Below the pieces are notes generated by a model. That model was not told the origin of the DNA and searched no databases. It saw only the letters and a list, made by a program, of their open reading frames with translations. This document shows positions 17,637 through 26,402 of a stretch of 64,000 nucleotides of DNA, piece by piece. The number at the start of each line of letters is the position of its first letter. Position 1 is the first letter of the stretch. The position numbers were made by a program, and so were the translations under genes. Source of the DNA: Candidatus Moraniibacteriota bacterium (GTDB lineage: Bacteria; Patescibacteriota; Minisyncoccia; Moranbacterales; UBA2206); NCBI GenBank assembly GCA_049304095.1, contig JBAQNU010000022.1, forward strand, positions 2,348 through 66,347, read 5' to 3'.

Positions 17637-18404
17637 CTATTCGCCAGAACTATTTTCTTGGGTCCCAGCCAATTCTTTGCGTAACTCGTCTAGGTTTGGC
17701 GTCCACTCATCAACAATAGTTTTTTCATCTCCAACTGGCGGTTCTTCCGCCGGGGTCGCTTTTTCAAAATAGCTGGATTTTCCATAGTCGGTTTTTTCTT
17801 TGAAAATATCATCAATGTTTTTTGGCGTGGAAAGTTTTTCGCTCATCGTCTTGTCTGTCACTTTTTGCAGTACATTTTCAATCGCGCCCCACTCCGAATC
17901 GATGTCACGTGGTGTGACCAAGGTTACTTCATCGCCTGGTTCGACTTTGAAGTAAGTGATGGAAGCCAGGAGCACGCGATATGCCTTGCCGTCTGCTGTC
18001 ACAAAAAAATTGCCATCAGTGTCTTGGTTGGCAGTGCCGATGGCCATTTTGCGCACGACTGGTCCGATTTGTTTGTAGATGAAAGATCCATCGGAAGTGA
18101 CAGTCAATTTCAACATATCACCTTTGACTAGCTTCGATTTGGAAGCATAGTTAGCTGGAACGGGATATTGTTTCCCATCCGTGCCAATCATTAGTTGTCC
18201 ATCAAAGGTGCCTTCGACGACGCGGTTATGCTCATCGTCTTCCTCTTCAGGCTTTCTTCGGCGACCAGTCTTTTTCTTGCCCTCCAGTTGCAAGAGCATT
18301 GATTTGGCGCCTTGCAAAGTCATTTCCGCATTAGAAATCATATCGCGAAGCGCTTGAATTTTTTGCGCGTTTTTTTCGCTCGTGTTGTTATTTTGTTCGT
18401 CCAT
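17637..18404 (-). CDS. Hypothetical protein (lineage-specific)
   Basis: 255-aa ORF with acidic termini. No recognisable motif. Confidence 0.5.
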   Translation of the reverse strand: MDEQNNNTSEKNAQKIQALRDMISNAEMTLQGAKSMLLQLEGKKKTGRRRKPEEEDDEHNRVVEGTFDGQLMIGTDGKQYPVPANYASKSKLVKGDMLKLTVTSDGSFIYKQIGPVVRKMAIGTANQDTDGNFFVTADGKAYRVLLASITYFKVEPGDEVTLVTPRDIDSEWGAIENVLQKVTDKTMSEKLSTPKNIDDIFKEKTDYGKSSYFEKATPAEEPPVGDEKTIVDEWTPNLDELRKELAGTQENSSGE

Positions 18405-18483
18405 TATGTTTTTTATTTTAGACTTTTTATTTCATTTTTTATGTCTAATTTGATTATACAATTTTTAGAAATTTAGTGCAAGT

Positions 18484-18507
18484 AGGGGTGATTCACGAAT
18501 CACCCCT
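18484..18507. promoter_or_regulatory. Perfect 10-bp palindrome AGGGGTGATT-cacg-AATCACCCCT in a divergent intergenic region
   Basis: Lies between the divergently transcribed genes starting at 18404 (-) and 18570 (+). No adjacent T-run. Candidate operator. Confidence 0.3.
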
Positions 18508-18569
18508 ATTCGACAATTTTTCAAATTAAAGCTAGAATGAGAAAGGTAAAAATTAATTTTTAAAAATTT

Positions 18570-19307
18570 ATGCAAAGAAAAAAAATCTTAAGTTTAGGCG
18601 GATTATTCTTGCTCGTCATTTTATTCTCCGGCTGCACTAATGACAGAGGAACATCCGGTCTTAGCAGTGGACTACTTGATACTCCTGGGCAAGCAAAAGA
18701 AAATGTGGCCAAATCTACGGAGCAGGAAAATACTAGGTTAAATAATACATTAAATGAAAATAATATGAGTTCAAATGCGCAGGCGTCACCAGTGATCAGC
18801 CAGGAATTGATTAAAAAATATCCTTTTGCGCTAATTAAAACTAGCTTGGGAGAAATTAAGGTTAAGTTTAGTGGAGAAACAGCGCCGCTCGCAGTGACGA
18901 ATTTTTTGCAATTGGCACAGAATAAGTTTTATGACAGTATAAAATTCCACCGAGTGATTAAGGGCTTTATGATTCAAGCGGGAGATCCGCTTTCTAAAGA
19001 TGATGCGATGATTGCTAGGTGGGGCACGGGTGGCCCAGGCTATCAATTTAAAGATGAACTAGCTGGAACGGAAAACTATCCACAAGGGACATTGGCGATG
19101 GCTAATTCTGGTCCTAACACCAATGGCAGTCAATTTTTCATCGTAACCGCCAGTCCAGCGGCACAACTTCCTGCGAGTTACACAGTTTTTGGAACAGTCG
19201 TTAGCGGGATAGACATCGCCCTCAAAATTGAAAATGTTAAAACTGGTTCGTCTGACCGGCCGGTGGAAAATGTGACCATCACAAGCATTGAACCGTTGGA
19301 AAAATAG
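18570..19307 (+). CDS. Cyclophilin-type peptidyl-prolyl cis-trans isomerase, probable lipoprotein
   Basis: Lipobox LLVILFSGCTND. FHRVIKGFMIQAGDP and the region GQFFIVT match the cyclophilin fold. Confidence 0.85.
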   Translation: MQRKKILSLGGLFLLVILFSGCTNDRGTSGLSSGLLDTPGQAKENVAKSTEQENTRLNNTLNENNMSSNAQASPVISQELIKKYPFALIKTSLGEIKVKFSGETAPLAVTNFLQLAQNKFYDSIKFHRVIKGFMIQAGDPLSKDDAMIARWGTGGPGYQFKDELAGTENYPQGTLAMANSGPNTNGSQFFIVTASPAAQLPASYTVFGTVVSGIDIALKIENVKTGSSDRPVENVTITSIEPLEK

Positions 19308-19375
19308 CCCTAATTTGCCAAAACGCGAGTTTGGTGATATATTACGAAATAGATTAACTATTATATTTTTAACCT

Positions 19376-19582
19376 ATGCCAGTAGCAAGAAAACGCCATA
19401 CTAAGGCCCGAAGAGACAGAGCACGAGTTTTCTATAAACTAAAGCCAAAAAATTTAGTAGAATGCCCGAACTGTAAAACGCAAATTGAACCACACATTGC
19501 TTGTAGTAATTGTGGGAAATATAAGGGCAAAGAAGTTATTGATACGACTAAAAAATTGGCAAGAAAAGCCAAGCAGAAATAA
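19376..19582 (+). CDS. rpmF: 50S ribosomal protein L32
   Basis: MPVARKRHTKARRDRAR plus CPNC...CSNC zinc ribbon; 68 aa. Confidence 0.8.
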   Translation: MPVARKRHTKARRDRARVFYKLKPKNLVECPNCKTQIEPHIACSNCGKYKGKEVIDTTKKLARKAKQK

Positions 19583-19585
19583 ACT

Positions 19586-20062
19586 ATGGCCAATCGGCAT
19601 CTTTCACGATCAGTCGCAATGCAATCGCTCTATGAGTGGGATTTTAAAGGACGCAAAAATGCCATGATGGCGGAGATTATGCAAAAAAACTTGCAAGAAT
19701 TTGCGCCGGGAATGGATGATATTTCTTTTGTGAAGACTTTGGTGGAAACGACAGTGGCTAATCAAGACAAGATTGATCCACTAATTGAAAAATGTGCGCC
19801 GGAATGGCCACTTGATCAGGTAACGCTGGTGGACAGAAATATTTTGCGACTAGGCATTTGTGAACTGTTGTTTGGTAACTATGAGGAAGTGCCACCAAAA
19901 GTGGCAATCAATGAAGCAATTGAACTGGCGAAATCTTTTGGCGGAGAGGCTTCTGGCCGGTTTGTCAACGGTGTGCTTGGTACGATTTATCGCGAGTTGG
20001 GCGAACCAATGAAAGATGATACGACGAAGAAAAATAAAAAAACTAAAGAGGAGAAGAAATAA
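19586..20062 (+). CDS. nusB: Transcription antitermination factor NusB
   Basis: [13 protein letters not shown]... and C-terminal [26 protein letters not shown]. Confidence 0.85.
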   Translation: MANRHLSRSVAMQSLYEWDFKGRKNAMMAEIMQKNLQEFAPGMDDISFVKTLVETTVANQDKIDPLIEKCAPEWPLDQVTLVDRNILRLGICELLFGNYEEVPPKVAINEAIELAKSFGGEASGRFVNGVLGTIYRELGEPMKDDTTKKNKKTKEEKK

Positions 20063-20086
20063 TTTCTAACTGGCTTGTTTCCAATT

Positions 20087-20134
20087 CAAAGTTTCGAATT
20101 ATCGAGATTGTGAATTGCAAATAGCGAAACTTTG
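20087..20134 (+). promoter_or_regulatory. Stem-loop overlapping the rnc start codon (possible RNase III autoregulatory target)
   Basis: CAAAGTTTCG at 20087-20096 pairs perfectly with CGAAACTTTG at 20125-20134 across a 28-nt loop. The 3' arm ends in the GTG start of rnc. Confidence 0.35.
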
Positions 20135-20826
20135 TGATTGAAGAGTTGGCGAAAAAAATCGGAGTGAAGTTCAATAAATTAGATCTCTTGCAGCAGGCCG
20201 TAACACATCGGTCCTATTTAAACGAGCATCGGGAATATAAATTGGAGCATAATGAACGCTTGGAATTTTTGGGCGACGCAGTTTTGGAGCTGGTCGTGAC
20301 GGAATATCTCTATAACAATTATCCGGAAAATCCCGAAGGCGAAATGACTAATTGGCGAGCAGCTTTGGTGTGTGGCGAGATGCTTTCTAAGATTTCCAAA
20401 GAACTTGGCGTGGAGGAATATCTCCTGATGAGCAGGGGCGAAGCCAAGGACACCGGGCGCGCACGTCAATATCTCCTGGCCAATGCTTTTGAAGCGATTA
20501 CTGGCGCAATCTATCTTGATCAAGGCAAGAAGGGATATGATGTTTGTCGCGATTTTATCTTGAAATACGTAGTGACGAAACTGCCTAACATCATCGAGAA
20601 AAAACTTTATCTTGATCCCAAAAGTCGTTTTCAAGAAGAAGCGCAAGATCGGGCGGGGGTTACTCCCAGCTATCGCGTTGTGAGTGAGAGTGGACCGGAT
20701 CATGATAAGAAATTTGTGGTGGGCGCGTTTTTGGCAGAAGAGCTGATAGCGAAAGGTGAAGGACTTTCCAAGCAAGAAGCGCAAAGAAGCGCAGCGGAAA
20801 AAGCGTTAGAAGAGAAGGGGTGGTAG
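20134..20826 (+). CDS. rnc: Ribonuclease III
   Basis: ERLEFLGDAVLELVVTEYLY signature; C-terminal dsRBD. Apparent GTG start. Confidence 0.9.
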   Translation: MIEELAKKIGVKFNKLDLLQQAVTHRSYLNEHREYKLEHNERLEFLGDAVLELVVTEYLYNNYPENPEGEMTNWRAALVCGEMLSKISKELGVEEYLLMSRGEAKDTGRARQYLLANAFEAITGAIYLDQGKKGYDVCRDFILKYVVTKLPNIIEKKLYLDPKSRFQEEAQDRAGVTPSYRVVSESGPDHDKKFVVGAFLAEELIAKGEGLSKQEAQRSAAEKALEEKGW

Positions 20827-20835
20827 GAATGAGTA

Positions 20836-20874
20836 GCCTGCCTACTCCGCCAGCTGGCGGATTCGGCAGGCGAG
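20836..20874. repeat. GC-rich palindromic repeat, copy 2
   Basis: GCCTGCCTAC TCCGCCAG|CTGGCGGA TTCGGCAGGC, 10 nt after the rnc stop. The inner 8-bp palindrome is perfect. Confidence 0.55.
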
Positions 20875-20983
20875 CAAGAATTAAAAAAAAGGTGTTTAGT
20901 GAATCTCGTGAAAGCGGGATTTTGTTTTTTTGGGAAAAGTATAGTAAGATAAAAATACATGTAGCACGCTGTATGATGACTTT

Positions 20984-23371
20984 ATGTTTTTGAAAAAACT
21001 AGAAATTAATGGTTTTAAATCTTTTGCCACCAAAACGGTGGTGGATTTTTCGGTGTCCAATAGTGAGAATGGTACGCCGGGAATCACAGCTATTGTTGGA
21101 CCAAATGGCAGTGGAAAATCCAATATTGCGGATGCGATGCGTTGGGTGATTGGTGAGCAATCAATGAAAAATTTGCGCAGCAAAAAAGCTGAAGATATCA
21201 TTTTTGCCGGTTCAGGAAAAAAAGCCAAATTAGGCAGTGCGCAAGTGACACTTTTTTTTGACAACAGCGAAAAACGGATTCCGCTGGATTTTTCGGAAGT
21301 AGCTGTATCGCGCAAAATTTTTCGCAGTGGCGAGAGTGAATATTTGATTAACGGTTCGCGTGTGAGGTTGCAAGACGTGGTGGATATTTTGGCCAAAGCC
21401 GGAGTGGGAAAAGAAAGTCATGCCATCATCAATCAAGGGATGGCCGACGCAGTTTTGAACGCCACTCCACTGGAACGGCGCTTTGTAATTGAAGAAGCGG
21501 CTGGGGTGAAGCAATATCAAATTAAAAAAGAACGTTCGCTCCGCAAAATGGAAACAACTAAGGAAAATTTGCTCAGAGTGGGGGAGCTGATTGAAGAAAT
21601 TCGACCACACCTGAAAGTCTTGAAACGCCAAGCGGAAAAAGCAGCGCAGAGCGAGATTGTGACAAGGGAGCTGAAAGAAAAACAAACTTTGCTCTATACT
21701 TATCTATGGAATAAATTTACGGCCGAAAAATTGAGATTGAGCGAAGAAAAAGATGAGTTGGGGCGACGTATGAACAATATTCAAAGAGAAGCGGATAAGC
21801 TGGCCGATGAAATTAGTAGCCATTCCAAAGAAGAAAAAGCCAATGAAAAGTTGGCGGAGCTGGAAAAAAAGCAAAGAGAAAAAAGAAATCAACTCAACGA
21901 TTTGGAGCGAGAGGCGCTCTTGCTTTCTGGGCGAGTGGAAATTGAGAGAGAAAAACAAAAAAGCATCCAAATTATCGAAGAGATTAAGATTAAAAGTCAA
22001 TTGGTGGATTTGGGTTATGTTAAAAGTAATTTGGATGAAATCCGACGTGACCAAGAAATGCTCATAAAAAAACTAAATGAAGCTCAGAATTTAGCGGAGC
22101 TGAAAAGCGTGCAGGATTTGGCCCAAAAAATCGGCCAAAAGCTGACTGAGTTGAAAGGGGATATTGAAAAGGGCCATACCTACCTACCTGCTACGCAGGC
22201 AGTCCGGCAGGCAAGCAAGAAAGAAGAAAAAATTCCTGATTCAAAACCCAAATTAGCCATCGTGCCCAAAATTGATACCCCGCTAATTTTAGAACTTAAC
22301 GCACAAATCAAAAAGGCGCGGGAAAATTTTAGCGCGCTGGAGGTGGAACTCAAAGATATTGCCGAGGAGATTCAAAAAGAGGTGGCGTTGGACCGAGAAA
22401 GGCGTCAGCAGTTTTTTCAGGTTGAGCGCGATTTGCGTCAAAAACAAGAAGAAGCGAATACTTTTCGCGATCGCTTTAATGATTCCAAGATTTCTCTGGC
22501 TAAAATTGAAGTGCGCGAAGAAGATTTGAAGGCGCGCGTTACCGAAGAATTGAAAATGGATGTTGAACTTTTGAGCAAGGAACCGCAGGAAGTGGCTGAT
22601 CAATTTGCGCTGGAAAGAGAAATTGCTAAATTGAAATTTCAAATGGAACAAATCGGAGGTATCGATCCACTCGTTCTCACTGAATATGATGAAACAGAAA
22701 AGCGCTTTCAATTTCTAACAGCCGAATCGCAAGATTTGGAAAATGCACTGGTTTCTTTGCGCGAAGTGGTGCGAGAGATGGAGAAAAAAGTGAATGAAAA
22801 GTTTCATGCTACTTTTGATGAAATCAACAAGGAATTTTCCAAATATTTTCGCATTATTTTTGGCGGAGGGGATGCGCACCTGACCAAGGTCAACATCCGT
22901 CCGCGAAAAACGAAAGAAATTTTGACGGAATTGGAAACGCCTGATGCGACGCAGGAAAAAGAAGAATCTCCGGAAGACGATTTGTCAGATGATGAAAAGA
23001 ACGAAATTGGCATTGATATCTCGGCTTGCCCTGCGGGAAAAAGAATTAGTAATCTTTCGATGCTTTCTGGCGGTGAACGTTCACTTACATCGCTCGCACT
23101 CCTTTTTGCCATCATTGCTCACAACCCGCCACCTTTTTCCATTCTAGATGAAGTTGAGGCGGCTTTGGACGAGGCTAACTCCAAAAGATTTGGGCGCATC
23201 ATTCAAGATCTTTCTGCCCGCACGCAATTTGTGACCATCACGCATAACCGCGAAACAATGCGTCAAGCGGCTCTGCTCTATGGTGTGACGATGGGCGAGG
23301 ACGGAATGTCAAAATTGCTTTCTGTGCGAATTGATCAGGTGGGACAGGGCGGAAAAATTTTGCAGGCCTAA
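20984..23371 (+). CDS. smc: SMC-family chromosome partition ATPase, unusually short (795 aa), no recognisable hinge
   Basis: N-terminal head: LEINGFKSF, GPNGSGKSNIADAMRWVIGEQS. C-terminal head: LSGGERSLTSLALLFAI, ILDEVEAALDE. Coiled-coil heptads lie between. The mid-region GHTYLPATQAVRQASKKEEKIPDSKPK is low-complexity and partly encoded by the GC-rich repeat. Confidence 0.8.
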   Translation: MFLKKLEINGFKSFATKTVVDFSVSNSENGTPGITAIVGPNGSGKSNIADAMRWVIGEQSMKNLRSKKAEDIIFAGSGKKAKLGSAQVTLFFDNSEKRIPLDFSEVAVSRKIFRSGESEYLINGSRVRLQDVVDILAKAGVGKESHAIINQGMADAVLNATPLERRFVIEEAAGVKQYQIKKERSLRKMETTKENLLRVGELIEEIRPHLKVLKRQAEKAAQSEIVTRELKEKQTLLYTYLWNKFTAEKLRLSEEKDELGRRMNNIQREADKLADEISSHSKEEKANEKLAELEKKQREKRNQLNDLEREALLLSGRVEIEREKQKSIQIIEEIKIKSQLVDLGYVKSNLDEIRRDQEMLIKKLNEAQNLAELKSVQDLAQKIGQKLTELKGDIEKGHTYLPATQAVRQASKKEEKIPDSKPKLAIVPKIDTPLILELNAQIKKARENFSALEVELKDIAEEIQKEVALDRERRQQFFQVERDLRQKQEEANTFRDRFNDSKISLAKIEVREEDLKARVTEELKMDVELLSKEPQEVADQFALEREIAKLKFQMEQIGGIDPLVLTEYDETEKRFQFLTAESQDLENALVSLREVVREMEKKVNEKFHATFDEINKEFSKYFRIIFGGGDAHLTKVNIRPRKTKEILTELETPDATQEKEESPEDDLSDDEKNEIGIDISACPAGKRISNLSMLSGGERSLTSLALLFAIIAHNPPPFSILDEVEAALDEANSKRFGRIIQDLSARTQFVTITHNRETMRQAALLYGVTMGEDGMSKLLSVRIDQVGQGGKILQA
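22188..22228 (+). repeat. GC-rich repeat, intragenic in-frame copy inside smc
   Basis: CCTACCTACCTGCTACGCAGGCAGTCCGGCAGGCAAGCAAG. Its 3' half (CGGCAGGCAAGCAAGAAAGAAG) matches copy 2's 3' flank (CGGCAGGCGAGCAAGAATTAAA). Confidence 0.5.
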
Positions 23372-23459
23372 CGGGCTATTATCAGATTTGCCTTTTCGGC
23401 GACAAACGCCTATAATTAAGTTGTAATTTTCAATTTAATCTTTAATTCTACCCACCAAA

Positions 23460-24062
23460 ATGTCTGAAATCTTAGAAGAACTGTTTGGGTCCAAAGAACG
23501 TGCACGCCTGTTGCGATTTTTCCTGCAAAATCCAGAGGTGGCCTTTGATTCGGCGGAAATAACGCGCCGTAATATGCTTAAATGGCCCAAAATTCGGCGC
23601 GATATGGATCTGCTCGCTCGCATAAAATTCGTGATAAAAAGCCAGCACAAAGGCAAAGCCAACTATCGCTTGAACCAAAACTTTGATTTCTATCCGGAAC
23701 TGAAAAATTTGATTGCCAAGTCTAACACCTCGCCACAATGCAAGAGTTTGGCCAAGATTTCTAATTTAGGCAGTGTGAAACTGGCAGTGGTCAGCGGAGT
23801 GTTTATCAACTATCAAAAAAGCAAAGCGGATATGATTTTGGTCGGGGATAACATTAGCAAAGCGAAATTAAACAATTTAATGAATAGTTTGGAGGCAGAA
23901 ATCGGCAAAGAAATCAATTTTGTTTTGATGACCATGGAAGAATTCAAATATCGTTTGAATATGCTCGATAAGTTTATTTTGGAATTTTTGGAGGGTCCGC
24001 ATGAAGAAGTGGTGAACAAGATTATGGGGCTCAAACAGTTTATCGCCAAGCGGAAGTTATAA
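23460..24062 (+). CDS. Hypothetical protein with N-terminal winged-helix-like domain
   Basis: ARLLRFFLQNPEVAFDSAEITRRNMLKWPKIRRDMDLLARIKF resembles a wHTH. The C-terminal half is unassigned. Confidence 0.4.
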   Translation: MSEILEELFGSKERARLLRFFLQNPEVAFDSAEITRRNMLKWPKIRRDMDLLARIKFVIKSQHKGKANYRLNQNFDFYPELKNLIAKSNTSPQCKSLAKISNLGSVKLAVVSGVFINYQKSKADMILVGDNISKAKLNNLMNSLEAEIGKEINFVLMTMEEFKYRLNMLDKFILEFLEGPHEEVVNKIMGLKQFIAKRKL

Positions 24063-24067
24063 TACAA

Positions 24068-24211
24068 GACTTACGCGTTTGCCAAAAGCAAGCTAACACC
24101 TTGCCAAACATAGCCTGATAAACGTAGCGGGATTGGGAAGTGAAAAAAAGCAAAAACAACCCCTAGAAGGCCACGCGCTTTGGAAGGTTGCTTTTGGTAA
24201 ATGCGTAAGTC
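24068..24211 (-). repeat. 146-nt structured repeat element, copy 3 (inverted orientation)
   Basis: Outer inverted repeat GACTTACGCGTTTGCCAAAAGCAA/TTGCTTTTGGTAAATGCGTAAGTC. The reverse complement contains box A CAACCTTCCAAAGCGCGTGGCCT and box B CTATGTTTGGCAAGGTGTTAGCTT. Confidence 0.65.
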
Positions 24212-24228
24212 ATGAATAAAGAAATAAA

Positions 24229-24642
24229 ATGCTTGAAAATAAAGCTAAAATTTTTGAGGGAAAAAGCTTGAATAATTTAATCAAGCTTTTTTTTGGCGCC
24301 CAGTATTTGAAAAGTAGGATTGTGTTGGTGCTTCTTTCCGTTTCCGCCCTCATCAATTTGCTCGATTGGTTGGCGCTCATAATTTTTTTGCGTCCGCCAG
24401 CAGGGACGGTTATAATCTTGCACTACAATGTTTATTTCGGCGTTGATCTCGCAGGCAAAGTTTTGCGTGCCTACGCGGTGCCTTTTATTGGTCTTTGCAT
24501 TCTGGGTATCAACTTTTTTCTGGCCGGCTATTTCTATCGACAGAAAGAACGCATCGCTAGCTACGTTTTGCTTATCAGCGCCCTTATCGTGCAACTCAGC
24601 TTGCTTATTTCCATAATCAGTGTTATTGTAGTCAATTATTAA
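24229..24642 (+). CDS. Hypothetical small membrane protein (4 TM)
   Basis: 137 aa, hydrophobic throughout. Confidence 0.4.
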   Translation: MLENKAKIFEGKSLNNLIKLFFGAQYLKSRIVLVLLSVSALINLLDWLALIIFLRPPAGTVIILHYNVYFGVDLAGKVLRAYAVPFIGLCILGINFFLAGYFYRQKERIASYVLLISALIVQLSLLISIISVIVVNY

Positions 24643-24653
24643 AAAGAGCCATT

Positions 24654-26348
24654 ATGTTTATTTTCCCCGACCCTAAAACCAAAGATCCTAAAGAACGCCG
24701 TTTGCAACGGACGCTGGAAATCATTCCTGGCACTTTGACCTGGGCCACGATCATTGGAATGTTTGTTCTTTCCTATTTTCTTCCCGTCTATGTGGCATTT
24801 TTCATTATTATTTTTGACATCTATTGGATTATGCGCACGATTTTCATTGCCTACTATTCAGTCGAAGGCTATCAAAAATTGAAAGCGGGAAAGTCTATTA
24901 ATTGGTGGGAGCGTTGCCAAAATATCAGTAACCCAGGAAAATATCGTGTGATGATAGAAGAGCGGATTGTCAAAATGCAAGCTAGTCTAAAAGCAGTTGG
25001 TGAGTTAAGGTGGAGCGAGCGACGTGTGTTAAAAAAAGAAATTAAAGCGCAGAAAAAATATTTGCAGGAAGTGGAAAAGATTGAAGAAATTGCAAGTGAT
25101 GTTTTGGATTGGCGCGAAATTGTGCATGTGGTGATGCTTCCCACGGCCGGAGAGCCAGCTGATGTGATTGAGCCAGCCATGCAAGCAGTGGCTGATTCTA
25201 ATTTTCCCAACGAACAAATCATTATTCTTCTGGCGACAGAAGAGCGGGAAAACGCTGAGCACCGCACCAAAAAAGTGGAATATTTGAGGCAAAAATTCGC
25301 AGGAGTTTTCCGCGATTTCATTGTGACGGTACACAAAGTGCGTGACGATGAAATGAAAGCCAAGGGATCGAACGCTACTTTCGCTGCGCGCGAATTGGCG
25401 ATTTATTTGGAAGCGAAAAAAATTGATTTCAAGCGAGTAATTTTTTCTAACTTTGATTGTGATAGTGTGGCGCATAAAGAATATTTTGCCGCGTTGACTT
25501 ATGAATATATTATTGACCCTAAGCGTTTGCAAAGAAGTTATCAACCACTGCCGATGTATCACAATAATCTTTGGGACACTAATGCTTTCGTGCGGGTGAT
25601 TGTAACTGGTTCTAGTTTTTGGCATATTTTTCAATCTACGCGACCGGAAGGGATGGTAACTTTTTCTTCGCATAGTGAGCCGTTTGATACGCTCTATCGA
25701 GTTGATTTTTGGCCCAAAAACATGATTAGCGAGGACTCAATAATCTATTGGAAGTGCTTTACTTATTATAACGGGGATTATAAGGTCAAGCCGATCTATT
25801 TGCCAATTTCCTTGGATGCGGTTTTGGCGGAAAGCTATTGGAAGACGATTGTTAATCAATATAAACAAAAAAGACGCTGGGCTTATGGTATTGAAAATTT
25901 CCCCATTATTATGCGCGCAATTGGGCCAAACAAAAAAATTAGCTTTAGGCAGAAATTTAAAACTGCCTTTGAGATGCTAGAAGGTCATCATTCCTGGGCC
26001 ACTTCATCTTTGATTTTGGCAGTGCTGGGCTGGCTACCACTCATTTTGGGCGGAGACGCGTTCAATGAAAGCGTGCTAGCGCACAATCTGCCTTTCTATA
26101 CCCGCTACCTGATGATGCTGGCCATGATGGGTCTCGCCGTTTCGATGTCACTGAGCTTTATTCTTTTGCCACCGCGCCCGGAAAAATATTCCCGTTGGCG
26201 AAATATCTATATGCTACTCCAATGGGCACTCGTTCCAGTGATTGCGCCGTTCCTCGGCTCAATGCCAGCGATTGATTCGCAAACGAGAATTCTTTTGGGC
26301 AAATATTTTGGAGAATTTTGGGTAACGGAAAAAATGCGCAAAAAATAA
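24654..26348 (+). CDS. Membrane glycosyltransferase family 2 (cellulose-synthase-like)
   Basis: N- and C-terminal TM bundles flank a cytoplasmic domain with acidic DxD-like motifs (TEEREN, FDCDS) and the QxxRW-type motif QKRRWAYG. Confidence 0.7.
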   Translation: MFIFPDPKTKDPKERRLQRTLEIIPGTLTWATIIGMFVLSYFLPVYVAFFIIIFDIYWIMRTIFIAYYSVEGYQKLKAGKSINWWERCQNISNPGKYRVMIEERIVKMQASLKAVGELRWSERRVLKKEIKAQKKYLQEVEKIEEIASDVLDWREIVHVVMLPTAGEPADVIEPAMQAVADSNFPNEQIIILLATEERENAEHRTKKVEYLRQKFAGVFRDFIVTVHKVRDDEMKAKGSNATFAARELAIYLEAKKIDFKRVIFSNFDCDSVAHKEYFAALTYEYIIDPKRLQRSYQPLPMYHNNLWDTNAFVRVIVTGSSFWHIFQSTRPEGMVTFSSHSEPFDTLYRVDFWPKNMISEDSIIYWKCFTYYNGDYKVKPIYLPISLDAVLAESYWKTIVNQYKQKRRWAYGIENFPIIMRAIGPNKKISFRQKFKTAFEMLEGHHSWATSSLILAVLGWLPLILGGDAFNESVLAHNLPFYTRYLMMLAMMGLAVSMSLSFILLPPRPEKYSRWRNIYMLLQWALVPVIAPFLGSMPAIDSQTRILLGKYFGEFWVTEKMRKK

Positions 26349-26352
26349 GTTA

Positions 26353-26383
26353 GGAGTTACACATTTCACCTCACAGCCGCATA
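26353..26383 (+). repeat. Conserved 3'-flank motif, copy B (GGAGTTACACATTTCACCTCACAGCCGCATA)
   Basis: 26/30 identical to 8087-8117. Placed 5 nt after the stop codon. Confidence 0.5.
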
Positions 26384-26402
26384 AGCCATAGAAGTAAAAA
26401 AT

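Noticed and set aside
24872-25673. Minus-strand ORFs 24872-25363 and 25029-25673 inside the GT2 gene
   Set aside because: Antisense to a gene with QxxRW and DxD motifs. Cys/Ser-rich junk translation.
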